Positions 38,194 to 49,371 of a DNA stretch of 64,000 nucleotides are shown in pieces (positions within the stretch are counted from its first letter, which is position 1; each line of letters begins with the position of its first letter). The position numbers and the translations under genes were made by a program. The notes beneath the pieces are model-generated. The model saw only the letters and a list, made by a program, of their open reading frames with translations. It was not told the DNA's origin and made no database searches. Origin of the DNA: Somniosus microcephalus (Eukaryota); NCBI GenBank assembly GCA_052327205.1, contig CM126210.1, positions 164,362,001-164,426,000 of the forward strand, given 5' to 3'.

Positions 38194-39046
38194 TCACCCT
38201 ACTCTTTCGAGACACTGCACTTTCCATGGTTTCTGGACATGCCTTTCAGGCAAGTTCTCCACTGTTATTTCTAACTGTGGCTTTGGGATCAGGAAGGTAG
38301 GAAATGGGGGCTCCTGATGCTGGAATGAAGAGTCATGGGGCTGAGGTGGCTCGCGACTCAAAGCAGCAGGTTCCTGACATGGAGCTGCATCGCTGGAGTG
38401 AGCTTCTGGCGAGCCTGATGTTGCCTGCCATTCCACTGGACTGCTGGTCCTTGGAGGCAGGCCAGAGCCCTGGCAAATGCTACCATCCTGAGAGTTGCCA
38501 GCATCAGGCACTTGGACTACAACCACCAACCTGCCACTTGGCCCTGGATCTGCAGCCACCAAATACTGTAAGCACGGAGTCACTGCATTGGTCAGCAACC
38601 GGATGGCACAAGTCAAGCCCTCCAATCTGTCCCCCAGTGCCACAAAAACTGCAGTCTGAACCTCTGATGTCACAGCTGTGAGCCGCCGTTCATCACTGGA
38701 GATGGTCCCTAGAGCACCCACATACCTATGATGCTCCTGATACATCCATCTCTTAAGGTATGCACCTGTAAGATCTGGGTCACATGGCTCTCCAATCCTT
38801 GCCTATCTTTCACTCTTCCTCCATCGAAGAGTGGCCATATGCTCCCCCTTCTGACTCTTTCTTGTCTCCTAGACTATCAGACACAGCCAGCAACCTTACC
38901 TGGCTACATCTAACCCCTGGGGACATAACTCTGTGCTTGTGCCTAAAAAGGTGAGCCGGATGATGCTGATGGTGGAATGTGGGATCTTGGAGGTAGCAAG
39001 GAAGGTGACCTCCTAGATGAGGAGGCAGCAATTGAGCTCTGGTCAA
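38194..39046 (-). pseudogene. Possible 3' part of the Harbinger second (Myb/SANT-type) gene
   Basis: Convergent to the transposase; low-complexity and helical content (MYQEHHRYVGAL...LGDRLEGLTCAIRLLT). No SANT domain is visible. Confidence 0.35.
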
Positions 39047-39061
39047 TTAACTGAATATAGT

Positions 39062-39283
39062 ACAATAGCAAAATACTGTGGATGCTGGAAATCTGAAATA
39101 ACAACAGAAAATGCTGGAAATACTCAGCAGGCCAGGCAGCATCCGTGAAGAGAGAAACAGAGTTAACGTTTCAGGTCTGGGACCAGTTCTGATGAAGGGT
39201 CCCAGACCTGAAACGTTAACTCTGTTTCTCTCTCCACGGATGCTGCCTGGCCTGCTGAGTATTTCCAGCATTTTCTGTTGTTA
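39062..39283. mobile_element. Non-coding fold-back Penelope insertion made only of pLTR sequence
   Basis: 87-bp inverted arms 39098-39184 and 39198-39284 with one mismatch; 14-bp TSD taactgaatatagt. Confidence 0.9.
39184..39224 (+). ncRNA. Minimal type I hammerhead ribozyme motif
   Basis: cagtt CTGATGA agggtc cca gacct GAAA cgtta actct: intact core, stem II, and palindromic AACGTT stem III. Confidence 0.75.
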
Positions 39284-39332
39284 TAACTGAATATAGTGCT
39301 CAGTTTTAGATTAAAACTGTTCCATAATGTAT

Positions 39333-39681
39333 GAGGAACAGCACCTCATCTTTCGATTAGGCACTTTACAGCCTTCTGGACTCAACATTGAGTTCAACAA
39401 TTTCAGACTATAACCCCTGCCCCTATTTTTTCAGGTGGTGGTTGTTGATGATTCTGCCATCCCCATGGCAACATTTAACCACTCCTGCCTTCCACCCTAT
39501 CAAAGACTTTTTTCCCTTCCTCCCCCCTCCCTTTCCCTGCCTCTGCACCTGCTTAAAACCTGTTAAACCTATAACTGTTTTCAGTTCTGACGAAGGGTCA
39601 CAGACCTGAAACGTTAACTCTGTTTCTCTCTCCACGGATGCTGCCTGACCTGCTGAGTGTTTCCAGCATTTTCTGTTGTTA
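39333..39681 (+). mobile_element. Penelope 3' fragment
   Basis: EEQHLIFRLGTLQPSGLNIEFNNFR C-terminus plus pLTR; 13-bp TSD ttccataatgtat. Confidence 0.88.
39582..39622 (+). ncRNA. Minimal type I hammerhead ribozyme motif
   Basis: cagtt CTGACGA agggtc aca gacct GAAA cgtta actct. Confidence 0.75.
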
Positions 39682-39914
39682 TTCCATAATGTATCTATTG
39701 AGTATACTGTCTTCACATCATGAACAGCCTTTGCTAAGTGTGCATTCATAAACCATCTTTAGCATACTGCAGCATGGTTCCTGCTTCACAAAAGTATTAA
39801 AGATGGTAGCCTAGAGTTTCCACATGATTTCCGCCCAGATATCAGCGTAATTTGGGTGTAATCGAATGAAATAGTGCTAAGTCTGTTTGCAACCTTGGTG
39901 TCATATTTGATCAC

Positions 39915-42545
39915 GAATTGAGCTTCCTACCTCATATCCATTCTATCACTAAGACTGCCAATTTCCACTTTCGTAATATCACTCTTACCTCAACTCATCA
40001 GCTGCTGAAATCCTCATCCATGCCTTTACCACCTCTGGACTTGATTATTCTAATGCACTCCTGGTGGCCTCCCTAGTTCTACCCGCCATAAACTTGAGGT
40101 CATCCAAAGCTCTACTGCCCATGTGCTAACTCACATCAAGTCCCACTCACCCATCTCCCCTGTGCTCGCTGATCTACATTGGCTCCCAGTTAAGCAATGC
40201 TTTGATTATAAAATTCTCAACCTTGTTTTCAAATCTCTCGATGGCCTCGCCCCTCCTTATCTCTGTAATCTCCTCCAGCTCTTTCATCTCCCTAGACCTC
40301 TGTGCTCTGCCTATTCTGGCCTTTTGAACATCCCCGATTTTAAATGCTCCGCCATTGGCAGTCGTGCCTTCAGCTGCCTACTGTCTCCCAACTCTCTTAC
40401 AACAGCACTTACGAAATCACAACTGTTCAGCCTTTGGCCCTCCATTCACCACAACATTTCCTTAACTGCCCATCTGCTCAACCACACCCTCACCACCAGT
40501 TTTGATGCCCTAGTCCCTATTAAAACAATTACTCTCCCTCACCCTGGCCGTTCCCCAGGTACGGCCCTCACCTTTACTCCCTTAAGTCCAAAGGACGCAG
40601 ACTTGAATGGATATGGCAGACAACTGGTTTAGCCATTCACCGCCAGATCTGGCTGGACCACATAAAGCATTATCGGGTCCTGCTCTCGTCTGTCAAAGAT
40701 AAACCCCAGCTTCGATTCTCTACTGCTAACCGTCTTCTTAAACCCCTCTCCCCTGTCTCCTCCACCTTCACCTCCAACAACAAGTGTGAGGAGCTCATGG
40801 ACTTCTTAGTCTCTAAGATTGAGACCATTCATTCAGCTGCCTCTGCCACTTCCTTTCCTTCCCCTAGCCCATTGGACCAAACTTCCTCTAAGGCTCCCCT
40901 GCTGCCTTAGCCCTGAACTCGCATCCTTCTCCAGTTTCTCTCCGATCTCCCCTCATGACCTCTCTGCGCTCATCTTGTCCATGAGACCGACTTCTTGCTC
41001 CCGCGGCCCTATTCCCACCAAACTGCTGACCACCCAATTTCCTTTTCAGGCTCCCATGTTAGTTGACATTGTTAATGGTTCTCTCTCCTCAGGTATTGTC
41101 CCCCTCTCCCTCAAATCTGCCATCGTCACCCCTCTCCTCAGAAAACCAACTGTTGACCCCTCCGTCCTTGCAAACTACCACCCCATCTTCAACCTCCCTT
41201 TCCTCTCCAAAATCCTTGAATGTGTTGTCGCCTCCCAAATCCGTGCCCATCTTTCCCGCAACTCCATGTTTGAATCCCTCTAATCAGGTTTCTGCCCCTG
41301 CCACAGTACCGAAACGGCTCTCATCAAAGTCACAAATGACATCCTTTGTGACTGTGACAAAGGTAAACTATCCTTCCTCATCCTTCTTGACTTGTCTGCA
41401 GCCTTTGACATAGTTGACCACTCCATCCTCTTCCAACGCCTCTCCACCATTGTCCAGCAGGATGGGACTTCACTCGCCTGGTTACATTCTTATCTATCTA
41501 ATCGTATCCAGAGAATTACCTGCAGCGGCTTCTCTTCCCGCTCCCGCATCGTTACCTCTGGGGACCCCCAAGGATCTATCCTTGGCCCTCTCCTATTTCT
41601 CATCTACATGCTGCCTCTTGGTGACATCATCCGAAAACACAGCATCAGTTTCCACATGCACACTGACGGAACCAGCTTTACCTCACCAACACTTCTCTCG
41701 ACCCCTCCATGGTCTCTAAATTGTCAGACTGCTTGTCCGACATCCAGTTCTAGATGAGTAGAAATTTTCTCCAATTAAATATTGGGAAGACTGAAGCCAT
41801 TGTTTTTGGTCCCTGCCACTGACTCCATCTCTCTCCCTAATATCTGTCTGGGGCTGAATCACTCTGTTAACAACCTTGGTGTTATATTTGAGCCTGAAAT
41901 GAGCTTCCGACCACACATTCGCGGCATAACTAAGACCGCCTATTTCCACCTCCGTAACATCGCCCATCTCCGCTGCTGAAACCCTCATCCATGCCTTTGT
42001 CCTGGCTGGGCTCCCACATTCCACCCTACGTAAACTTGAGGTCATCCAAAACTCGGCTGCTCGTGTCCTAACTCGCACCAAGTCCCGTTCGCCCATCTCC
42101 CCTGTGCTCGCTGACCTACATTGGCTCCCGGTTAAGCAGCACCTCGATTTCAAAATTCTCATCCTTGTCTTCAAATCCCTCTATGGCCTCACCCCTTCCT
42201 ATCTCTGTAATCTCCTTCAGCCCCACAAGCCCCCTCCCCCGAGATATCTGCGCTCCTCTAATTCTGCCCTCTTGAGCATCCCTGATTGTAATCGCTCAAC
42301 CTTTGGTGGCCGTGCCTAGGCCCTAAGCTCTGAAATTCCCTGCCTAAACCTCTCCGCCTCACTACCTCTCTTTCCTCCTTTAAGATGCTACTTAAAACCT
42401 ACCTCTTTGACCAAGCTTTTGGTCACCTGCCCTAATTTATTCTTATGTGGCTCAGTGTCAATTTTTGTCTTAAAATACCCCTGTGCAGCGCCTTGGGATG
42501 TTTTATTATGTTAAAGACGCTATATAAATACAAGTTGTTGTTGTT
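39915..42545 (+). mobile_element. Two adjacent decayed L2 LINE pieces (about 39915-40380 and 40381-42545)
   Basis: NYHPIFNLPFLSKILE, LDLSAAFD, PQGSILGP and LHWLPVKQ motifs; (gtt)n tail at about 42535-42545. Confidence 0.85.
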
Positions 42546-44356
42546 CATCTGTACCAACACTGAAGTGAGTTCCCCTGCATTCGGACCACTACTTTCATAA
42601 AATAAAGGATTAAACTACTCCCTGAATTCTCAACTTTCACTTGCCTTCATAAACAAAACATTATTTCTCAAAATTATAATAACAGTGCAGCGAGACAAAG
42701 GCACGTGTTATAAAGGGCATTGTAAAAGTGCATTGGTATTGTATTCAGCTTGAAATTGGTAATTAAGTATAGGATGTCAATTGAGGAGGTAAATTAATAT
42801 AAAACATAAAAGATAAAGGAAATCAATTGGATTCATAAAGTGAGATTTCATCCTTCTACCTTTCTACTGCGTTATGAGTTGTAACTGATTTATATTGTGG
42901 CGGAGCCACCAAAGGACTCAGGGCGGTTGTACATAATTCCTTTAACAGTGTTGCGGTGAAGATAAATTCACATCTAAACCGTGTAAAAGTAAAAAGATGC
43001 AGTTTATTATCAGAGCTCTGGAAGAAGCGTCTCAGACCCTTCTCGTTCTCTCTTGGTTGGTACAGCTTTTTATTCTATTTTCATCCAATCACATTGTATT
43101 ACAATAATCACCTGATCATATTGTATTACAATAATCACCTGATCACATATGGATTCTTTTCAGTATTAGTAAAGGTTAGTTACATCTTACTATGCCTTTG
43201 GTTACAGGTCAAATTCCCATGACCCCTATATTCTGCTGTGTCTACAATTTTTAGCTAAAGCAGCATTTTCCTTATCGCTTACGCAAAACGCACATATTCT
43301 GTCTGGTCCCACAACTGCGTCTTATCTTGGTTTTTCGAAGCTTCTCACATTGTTCTTTGTTTAGTTTTGCCTTTTTACGTAAGTCAATTTTTATTGTGAT
43401 ATTTCTTATCTCAACCTGGTTTCTTTTAGTCACTTTCACATGACCCCACTCCTTTGTTCTGATTTGAAGCACTAAGAGGATTTGCTTTTTAACCCTTTCA
43501 ATCCCTCCTGTTGGTCCCGCACCAAATTTAAACTTTGGCTAGGGATACCAACTTCTCTTCCACTTTTACCATCCCCGGGATTACTCCTATACTGATGGCT
43601 TAAACTAAGTTTGTCTTTCCCCTCTGTCTATCTTGTTGTGCTCAGTGTGGTAGTCTGTGCAAATGACTAAAGAACTTTACATGTATGTTACTATCGCTAT
43701 CAGTTCATTATCCCGCATTAACTGTTCGGTTTCTGGCTCAATATTGATTATATCAACTGTAGCAACCGGCACTATTCGGGACACAGCTGCCCTACAGCAT
43801 GCTTTCAGAACCGTCATTATAACACAAAATAATACTACAACTATAATGACAATTATAAGTCCTTATCATTTCTATTTGTCTTGATATTCGACCTTGCTGG
43901 CTTTTATGCTATCTTTTTCCGCTTGCCTGTTGTCAGTCCCTGGTCTAAGAATTAAAACCCATCTTTGAATCTAACAGCTATTTCTTACAATTCCCTTTTT
44001 TTGAGAAGGAAATATCCTTATTGACTTCTCACAATCGACTCTTGACTAATCTAGCTAGCTCTTATTGCTCTCTCAACTTGGGCGTTAGTTAGTAGGGAGT
44101 CTTGAAGATTTCTCCCTTTTTTACAGTCCATTCCTTTGAGGAGAAGGAGCAACCTCTGACCCCTTACTCAAATTCAATTCACTGTTCCGGTGTTCCAATT
44201 CTGCCCCGTCTGGGTATCCTCTGTTTCTTCTATCTTTCCTGATGTTACCCCGCCTGGGGTCTCCTCTACATTGCTTCGGATCTTCTCTTTCGGTGTGCTC
44301 AATTAATTTGTTAGTGCTTGTCAGTCATGGGCATGAGTACCCAATTGGCTTATGTA

Positions 44357-44760
44357 TCAAAATCTTACTACACACGCTACATATATCAAATACACTATCA
44401 TTACAAGTTGGATAACTACCAGAGCATGTGAAATAATACAAACCTAAGGGTGTGCTGATGTATTAAGCCCAATATCCCATCAATGTGAGTTGTCCCCTAT
44501 GCTGTCAATTTCAATATCTATTCTCGAGTTGTCTTGCTCCAAAACATAAAAATGCTTTAGGGAGGAGTTCAGTCGCATCATGAGCTCACTGAAACCCACA
44601 AATAACAGGGGAATGTCATATCCGAGTATCCGAATTGTGCCACATAATTGTGTAGCTCATACTTAAAAACGTGTTGGTTGATGGGACAGGTCCTGTTAGA
44701 CCCGTAAAGCATGGTAATTGCAGTAGTAGTGACACAGGAGGCACCACTAAAATCACCTCA
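44357..44760 (-). pseudogene. env C-terminal remnant (Cys-rich segment, heptad repeat, membrane-proximal region, transmembrane helix)
   Basis: CVTTTAITMLYGSNRTCPI, then a frameshift, then DIPLLFVGFSELMMRLNSSLKHFYVLEQDNSRIDIEIDSIGDNSH*WDIGLNTSAHP*VCIISHALVVIQLVMIVYLIYVACVVRF. The two stops sit where Trp codons would fit. Confidence 0.7.
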
Positions 44761-45389
44761 TGCTGGATTCGTACTGGTTTTTCCCACGCTCTGTTACCTA
44801 CAAAACACAATTATTACAGTCACAGTTAAATTCAGTCTTACAATCATATCAAATACATTACAGTTCAACATTTAATCAACAAATCATGGATTTAAAAGAT
44901 TCTCCAGATCTCTTTTTTGCTCGTATCCATCTTGTGGATAATTCTTACTAAACATGATTTCTCCTTGGCCCGCAATTGTCCCAATCCAGATTCCATGTAA
45001 CTCTCCACTTCAACTTCAATTTCAATCCCTCTAACAGGTACCAGTGTGTTTAACTCTATTCTGATTGTTTCATTAATTAAATAGTTTCTCGATGGAGTAT
45101 GTGTCAATGCTTTAAAAGTTGTCTCACTCTCCTGAGCCACATTAACCATGTTTTGCTGTTGTCAAGTAACTGAGCATGTCTGAGACCCGTTCTTCAGTGC
45201 AAATTCACCATACATTCCTGGATGGTAATTACTTCATACGTAACAAATCACATTTGCACACTCATACCGGTATCTCAATATCATGCCACCCATGCCATCC
45301 GATACAAGCCTTTCTCGGGCTTTCAGGTATCTTATCGAAAGATTGTAGTCGTCTAATGGCTGAATACTTCTTCAAGGTCTTACTTGCTG

Positions 45390-45947
45390 CTATTTAAGCT
45401 TTGACCTGAGCTCTTGGCCCTCTGCCTGTAATCTGGCCACTTCAGCCTGCTTGATTTCAAGCTGATTTTTGGCAGTAACTAGCTCTACATTAATCTCTTC
45501 CATTTCTTTCTCCTGAAGTGCTCTTTCCTGTAGTTGTGCTTTCACTAATGCAGTTTTCTCAGCTATTAGGCTCTCTAAAAGCATAATCTGTTGCTTAAAG
45601 TTATTCTCAAGATTCAACTTTTCTTTTTCCACGGTCTCTATTGTTGCCTGACTTTTCTCAATGTTTTCCGAAAACTGCTTTAACCTGTCAACTTTTTCAA
45701 GTAAAGCATCTTCCTTCTCAGCTAGAAGGGAGGCAAAAGAATTTTCATTCTGCTTTGACTTCATTAATTTATTCTCCAAGTTTGAAACCAGTCCTTCCTT
45801 GGTCTGGCAATCTACCTGGAGATTTAGTAAGCGGTCGTTCAAATTATTTTCTTCTTGTTTCAGATCATCGAGTTCAGACTGATTTTTTTTCAGTTTTGTT
45901 TCTGCTCTTTTAAACTGCCTGAGAGCATTTTGCAAGTTCTCATTCAA
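45390..45947 (-). CDS. 185-codon coiled-coil ORF inside the ERV-like element; function unknown
   Basis: Continuous E/K/Q/L heptads with no Pro. There is no ATG, so the start is probably frameshifted. Confidence 0.55.
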   Translation of the reverse strand: MNENLQNALRQFKRAETKLKKNQSELDDLKQEENNLNDRLLNLQVDCQTKEGLVSNLENKLMKSKQNENSFASLLAEKEDALLEKVDRLKQFSENIEKSQATIETVEKEKLNLENNFKQQIMLLESLIAEKTALVKAQLQERALQEKEMEEINVELVTAKNQLEIKQAEVARLQAEGQELRSKLK

Positions 45948-47668
45948 TAGTGTAATTCTCCTGTTTCAATCTTACACTCTCAATCACTTTCCTTTAATTA
46001 CCATTCATATCTTATTCATGAGTCCTGGAAAAACTTTACTGTCCAGTACAATATTTAAGATAGAAAACATAGATCAAACGTTCTCACTTGATCCAAGTTA
46101 TTAACACATTTTATTATCATTATTTTTAGAGGATCTTTTATTTTCCCAAAAGTAACCAAATATATAGTGCCTGAGTCCATTTTGTCATTTCAAAATTATC
46201 CCAAAATCCAAATAGCAGTACAGTTGAACTGACAGGTTTTGTCAATGTTCAATTTCATCTCTATCAATTTATCTTCCATTTCCAATTTCAGAAACAAGTG
46301 ATTCTCAGGCTAGGTAGCTTAAACAGTGTTTTTAATATTAGAGACAGAAATGCTGCAATTAGTTTACAAGGTAACTTCCATATAACAGAAGAAAGAAAGG
46401 AATCCATTGTGACTCTGCTTAGAGCCCAAGGGATTAATTTATCAAATCTTAATTTTCCCTCTGTCACTGTGGTGAAATAATAACTTAAAATTAAGAAACT
46501 TAAATTTAATAATGTCCAATATCTTTAGATTTCATACTAAAGTTGTTGCTTGGTGAACTTAAACAGCTGTCAGTGGAAAGGGTTAACTCCTTTGCAGGTT
46601 TTTAAGAAGGTGGAGCAAAACATTATCAAATGCACGCAACTGCGTCAATTCACGTAAATCAAAAAAAAGAACTTTCCTGATCAAAAGACAGTTGTGTTTT
46701 CACACTTTAACTAAACACGAACACGGAGGTAATATGGACAGTGAAGAAAGACAGGATTGAGCAAAGTTCACAAGCTAAGTAAGTCTTTGTAAGGAACTCT
46801 GCAACTATCGGATGTTCTTGCGGAGTGGAGTTATCTTATTCAATGCGGTCTACACAAATTTACACCAACCAAAATTTCACCGTGGCCACAATGAAAGTCT
46901 GGTTTTAATAGGTTAATTAACCTCATAACTCCAATTTAATCCAAATCTTGTAAACATTCAAATTAATTTTCTTCCAAGCACATTGGCAACTGTAACTTTA
47001 AGGCAGAAGCTTATCTTTTGTAAAACTATGAACAGACAAACAAAACAAAATAGCACATTCTTGCAGAAAACAGTAAATTACGTCATATTTTCTTATCAAA
47101 TCAAACTGCTTTAGAAGATTTCACCATAGCAACCGCGACTCCAAGGTTAAATCTTAGACTGAAACTTAATCTTCTGTTATACAAACTTTTTGTTGCTCTT
47201 CAGTTTTTACACACCAGCTTAACTTAAATTAGTTCAAAGGTTTTTTTTTCAATTCTTGGGGCACAATCTTATTCGCACATGCTTCCAAAATCCAAGACAA
47301 GACAAAAGTTTTTAAACGCTTTTAACACAGAGAAGTGGGTGGAGCTAAAACAAACATAACAGAATCTTTCTTTTAAGGAACATCTAATCAGACAAAAGAA
47401 ATACTGTAACTTCTTAAACATTCATAGTCAGGAAAACTTTCACACAAACTGAAATTCCAGCATTTTTTTAAGGTTCCTTTCACTCAGAAAATCTTGTGTT
47501 TTATTTGTCTTAGCACAAATGTTAATAACTTCCATGTCAGTAAAACTTTAAGTTTCTCTTTTTTTCCTCTTTTTCCATCGGTGTCCCTATCTTCTTTCTC
47601 CTTGTTTATCCTTTAGTTTTGCCAATTTTTTAAATCTAATTTTGTCACCTGCTCTTGTAGATTTTCGT

Positions 47669-47887
47669 TTAAATTTCCTCGGTCTTTTGAATGACCGTTA
47701 CTAATTGGTGTACCAATATAACTCCCGCTTTCTTTTGTGTCTCCCACCATTCTTGTTGGTACACTGGTACCTTAGACGGATCCCATCCATCCTTTTTCAT
47801 CTTATCTATCAAACCTTTCTGATCGTCAGCATAGAGCCAACTCAATGAACCCGGCGGTCCCCAATCTGGGCCTCCGCCTTCTGCCAT
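47669..47887 (-). pseudogene. Probable gag N-terminal remnant
   Basis: ATG-initiated ORF about 520 nt after the PBS (atcATGg): MAEGGGPDWGPPGSLSWLY...; the call rests on position only. Confidence 0.45.
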
Positions 47888-49371
47888 GATGTATTATTTT
47901 TGATACTAGTCTACCGCGTTCCGGTCCTCCCTAGTAACTCATTCTCAGAGGTCTACCTATCATCCACCACTAGTGATGGCGGTCCTGACTTGTAACTATC
48001 TCGCTGTCAGAGGTGATTATTTCACTTGTAGCCGTTAATACATTATTACCATACGTCGCGTCATGCAATACAACAGAGAGACTGTTAGCCTGTCTCGGAT
48101 TCCCAACTAACTCTGGCCTTCACGTGGGGCCCAATTGCCCTCTTAATTCCGACTCAGTATGGGTCCTCGAGACATTTACATTCCGAAATAACACATCAGA
48201 TGTAAATCAACTTAACCACTTATTTAGACTTATCCACTATTTGAACTTATCCACTATTTAAACTGCATCTCTCACCCGTCACGGATACCAGATTCTTTTG
48301 GTACTGCGTCGCTGTCACACCGCCCTTCCGAGTGATCCAATTTCTGGACGGTCAAGATTTGACTACTCGCCCCGTTCACTGGTACAGGCAGTCTTCCAGC
48401 TCCGAAGTACCCTGCTCACAGCGCCAATTTGTTGCGGTGAAAATAAATTCACATCTAAACCGTGTAAAAGTAAAAAGATGCAGTTTATTATCAGAGCTCT
48501 GGGAGAAGAGTCTCAGACCCCGCGGTCTGTGTACGCACCTTCTCATTCTCTCTTGGTTGGTACAGCTTTTTATTCTATTTTCATCCAATCACATTGTATT
48601 ACAATAATCACCTGATCACATTGTATTACAATAATCACCTGATCACATATGGATTCTTTTCAGTATTAGTAAAGGTTAGTTACATCTTACTATGCCTTTG
48701 GTTACAGGTCAAATTCCCATGACCCCTATATTCTGCTGTGTCTACAATTTTTAGCTAAAGCAGCATATTCCTTATCGCTTACGCAAAACGCACATATTCT
48801 GTCTGGTCCCACAACTGCGTCTTATCTTGGTTTTTCGAAGCTTCTCACATTGTTCTTTGTTTAGTTTTGCCTTTTTACGTAAGTCAATTTTTATTGTGAT
48901 ATTTCTTATCTCAACCTGGTTTCTTTTAGTCACTTTCACATGACCCCACTCCTTTGTTCTGATTTTAAGCACTGAGAGGAATTGCTTTTTAACCCTTTCA
49001 ACAGCAATGTAGTTACTGTCTGTGCCTGTACCTTTAATTATACTGTTTGACTGTATAATGTCTAGTTACCTTTACAACACGGTTTCAACGTGATGACTTC
49101 ATGCCGTTAGTCACGTGATGCCCCAATGGCGGGAAGAACGTGATGACGTCACGACATCAGTCTCCTGACCAGAGGATCAGTCCTCGTGGAGCCCTCAAGG
49201 AGAGTAGACCTGTTATTGATGTGTTCTAGCAGTTTCCAGTTTAAACTCATTTGGTTTCATTAAAGTTCATTAATTTAATTACCTGAGTCGAACTCAGTCT
49301 TTTTGATAGGAACCTCCATTCCTACATTGGTGACCCCGACTTCTACGAACGATTTTCGTGGAAGATTCGAC

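Larger units (their letters stand above)
42949..49000 (-). mobile_element. Pol-less endogenous retrovirus-like LTR element (lokiretrovirus-like env remnant)
   Basis: LTRs 48430-49000 and 42949-43500 (TG...CA; about 9 substitutions plus a 19-bp indel); 4-bp TSD ACAG; PBS tggcgctgtgagcagg at 48426-48411 (tRNA-Ser(CGA)); PPT caggagggat; minus-strand AATAAA in the LTR. Confidence 0.88.
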
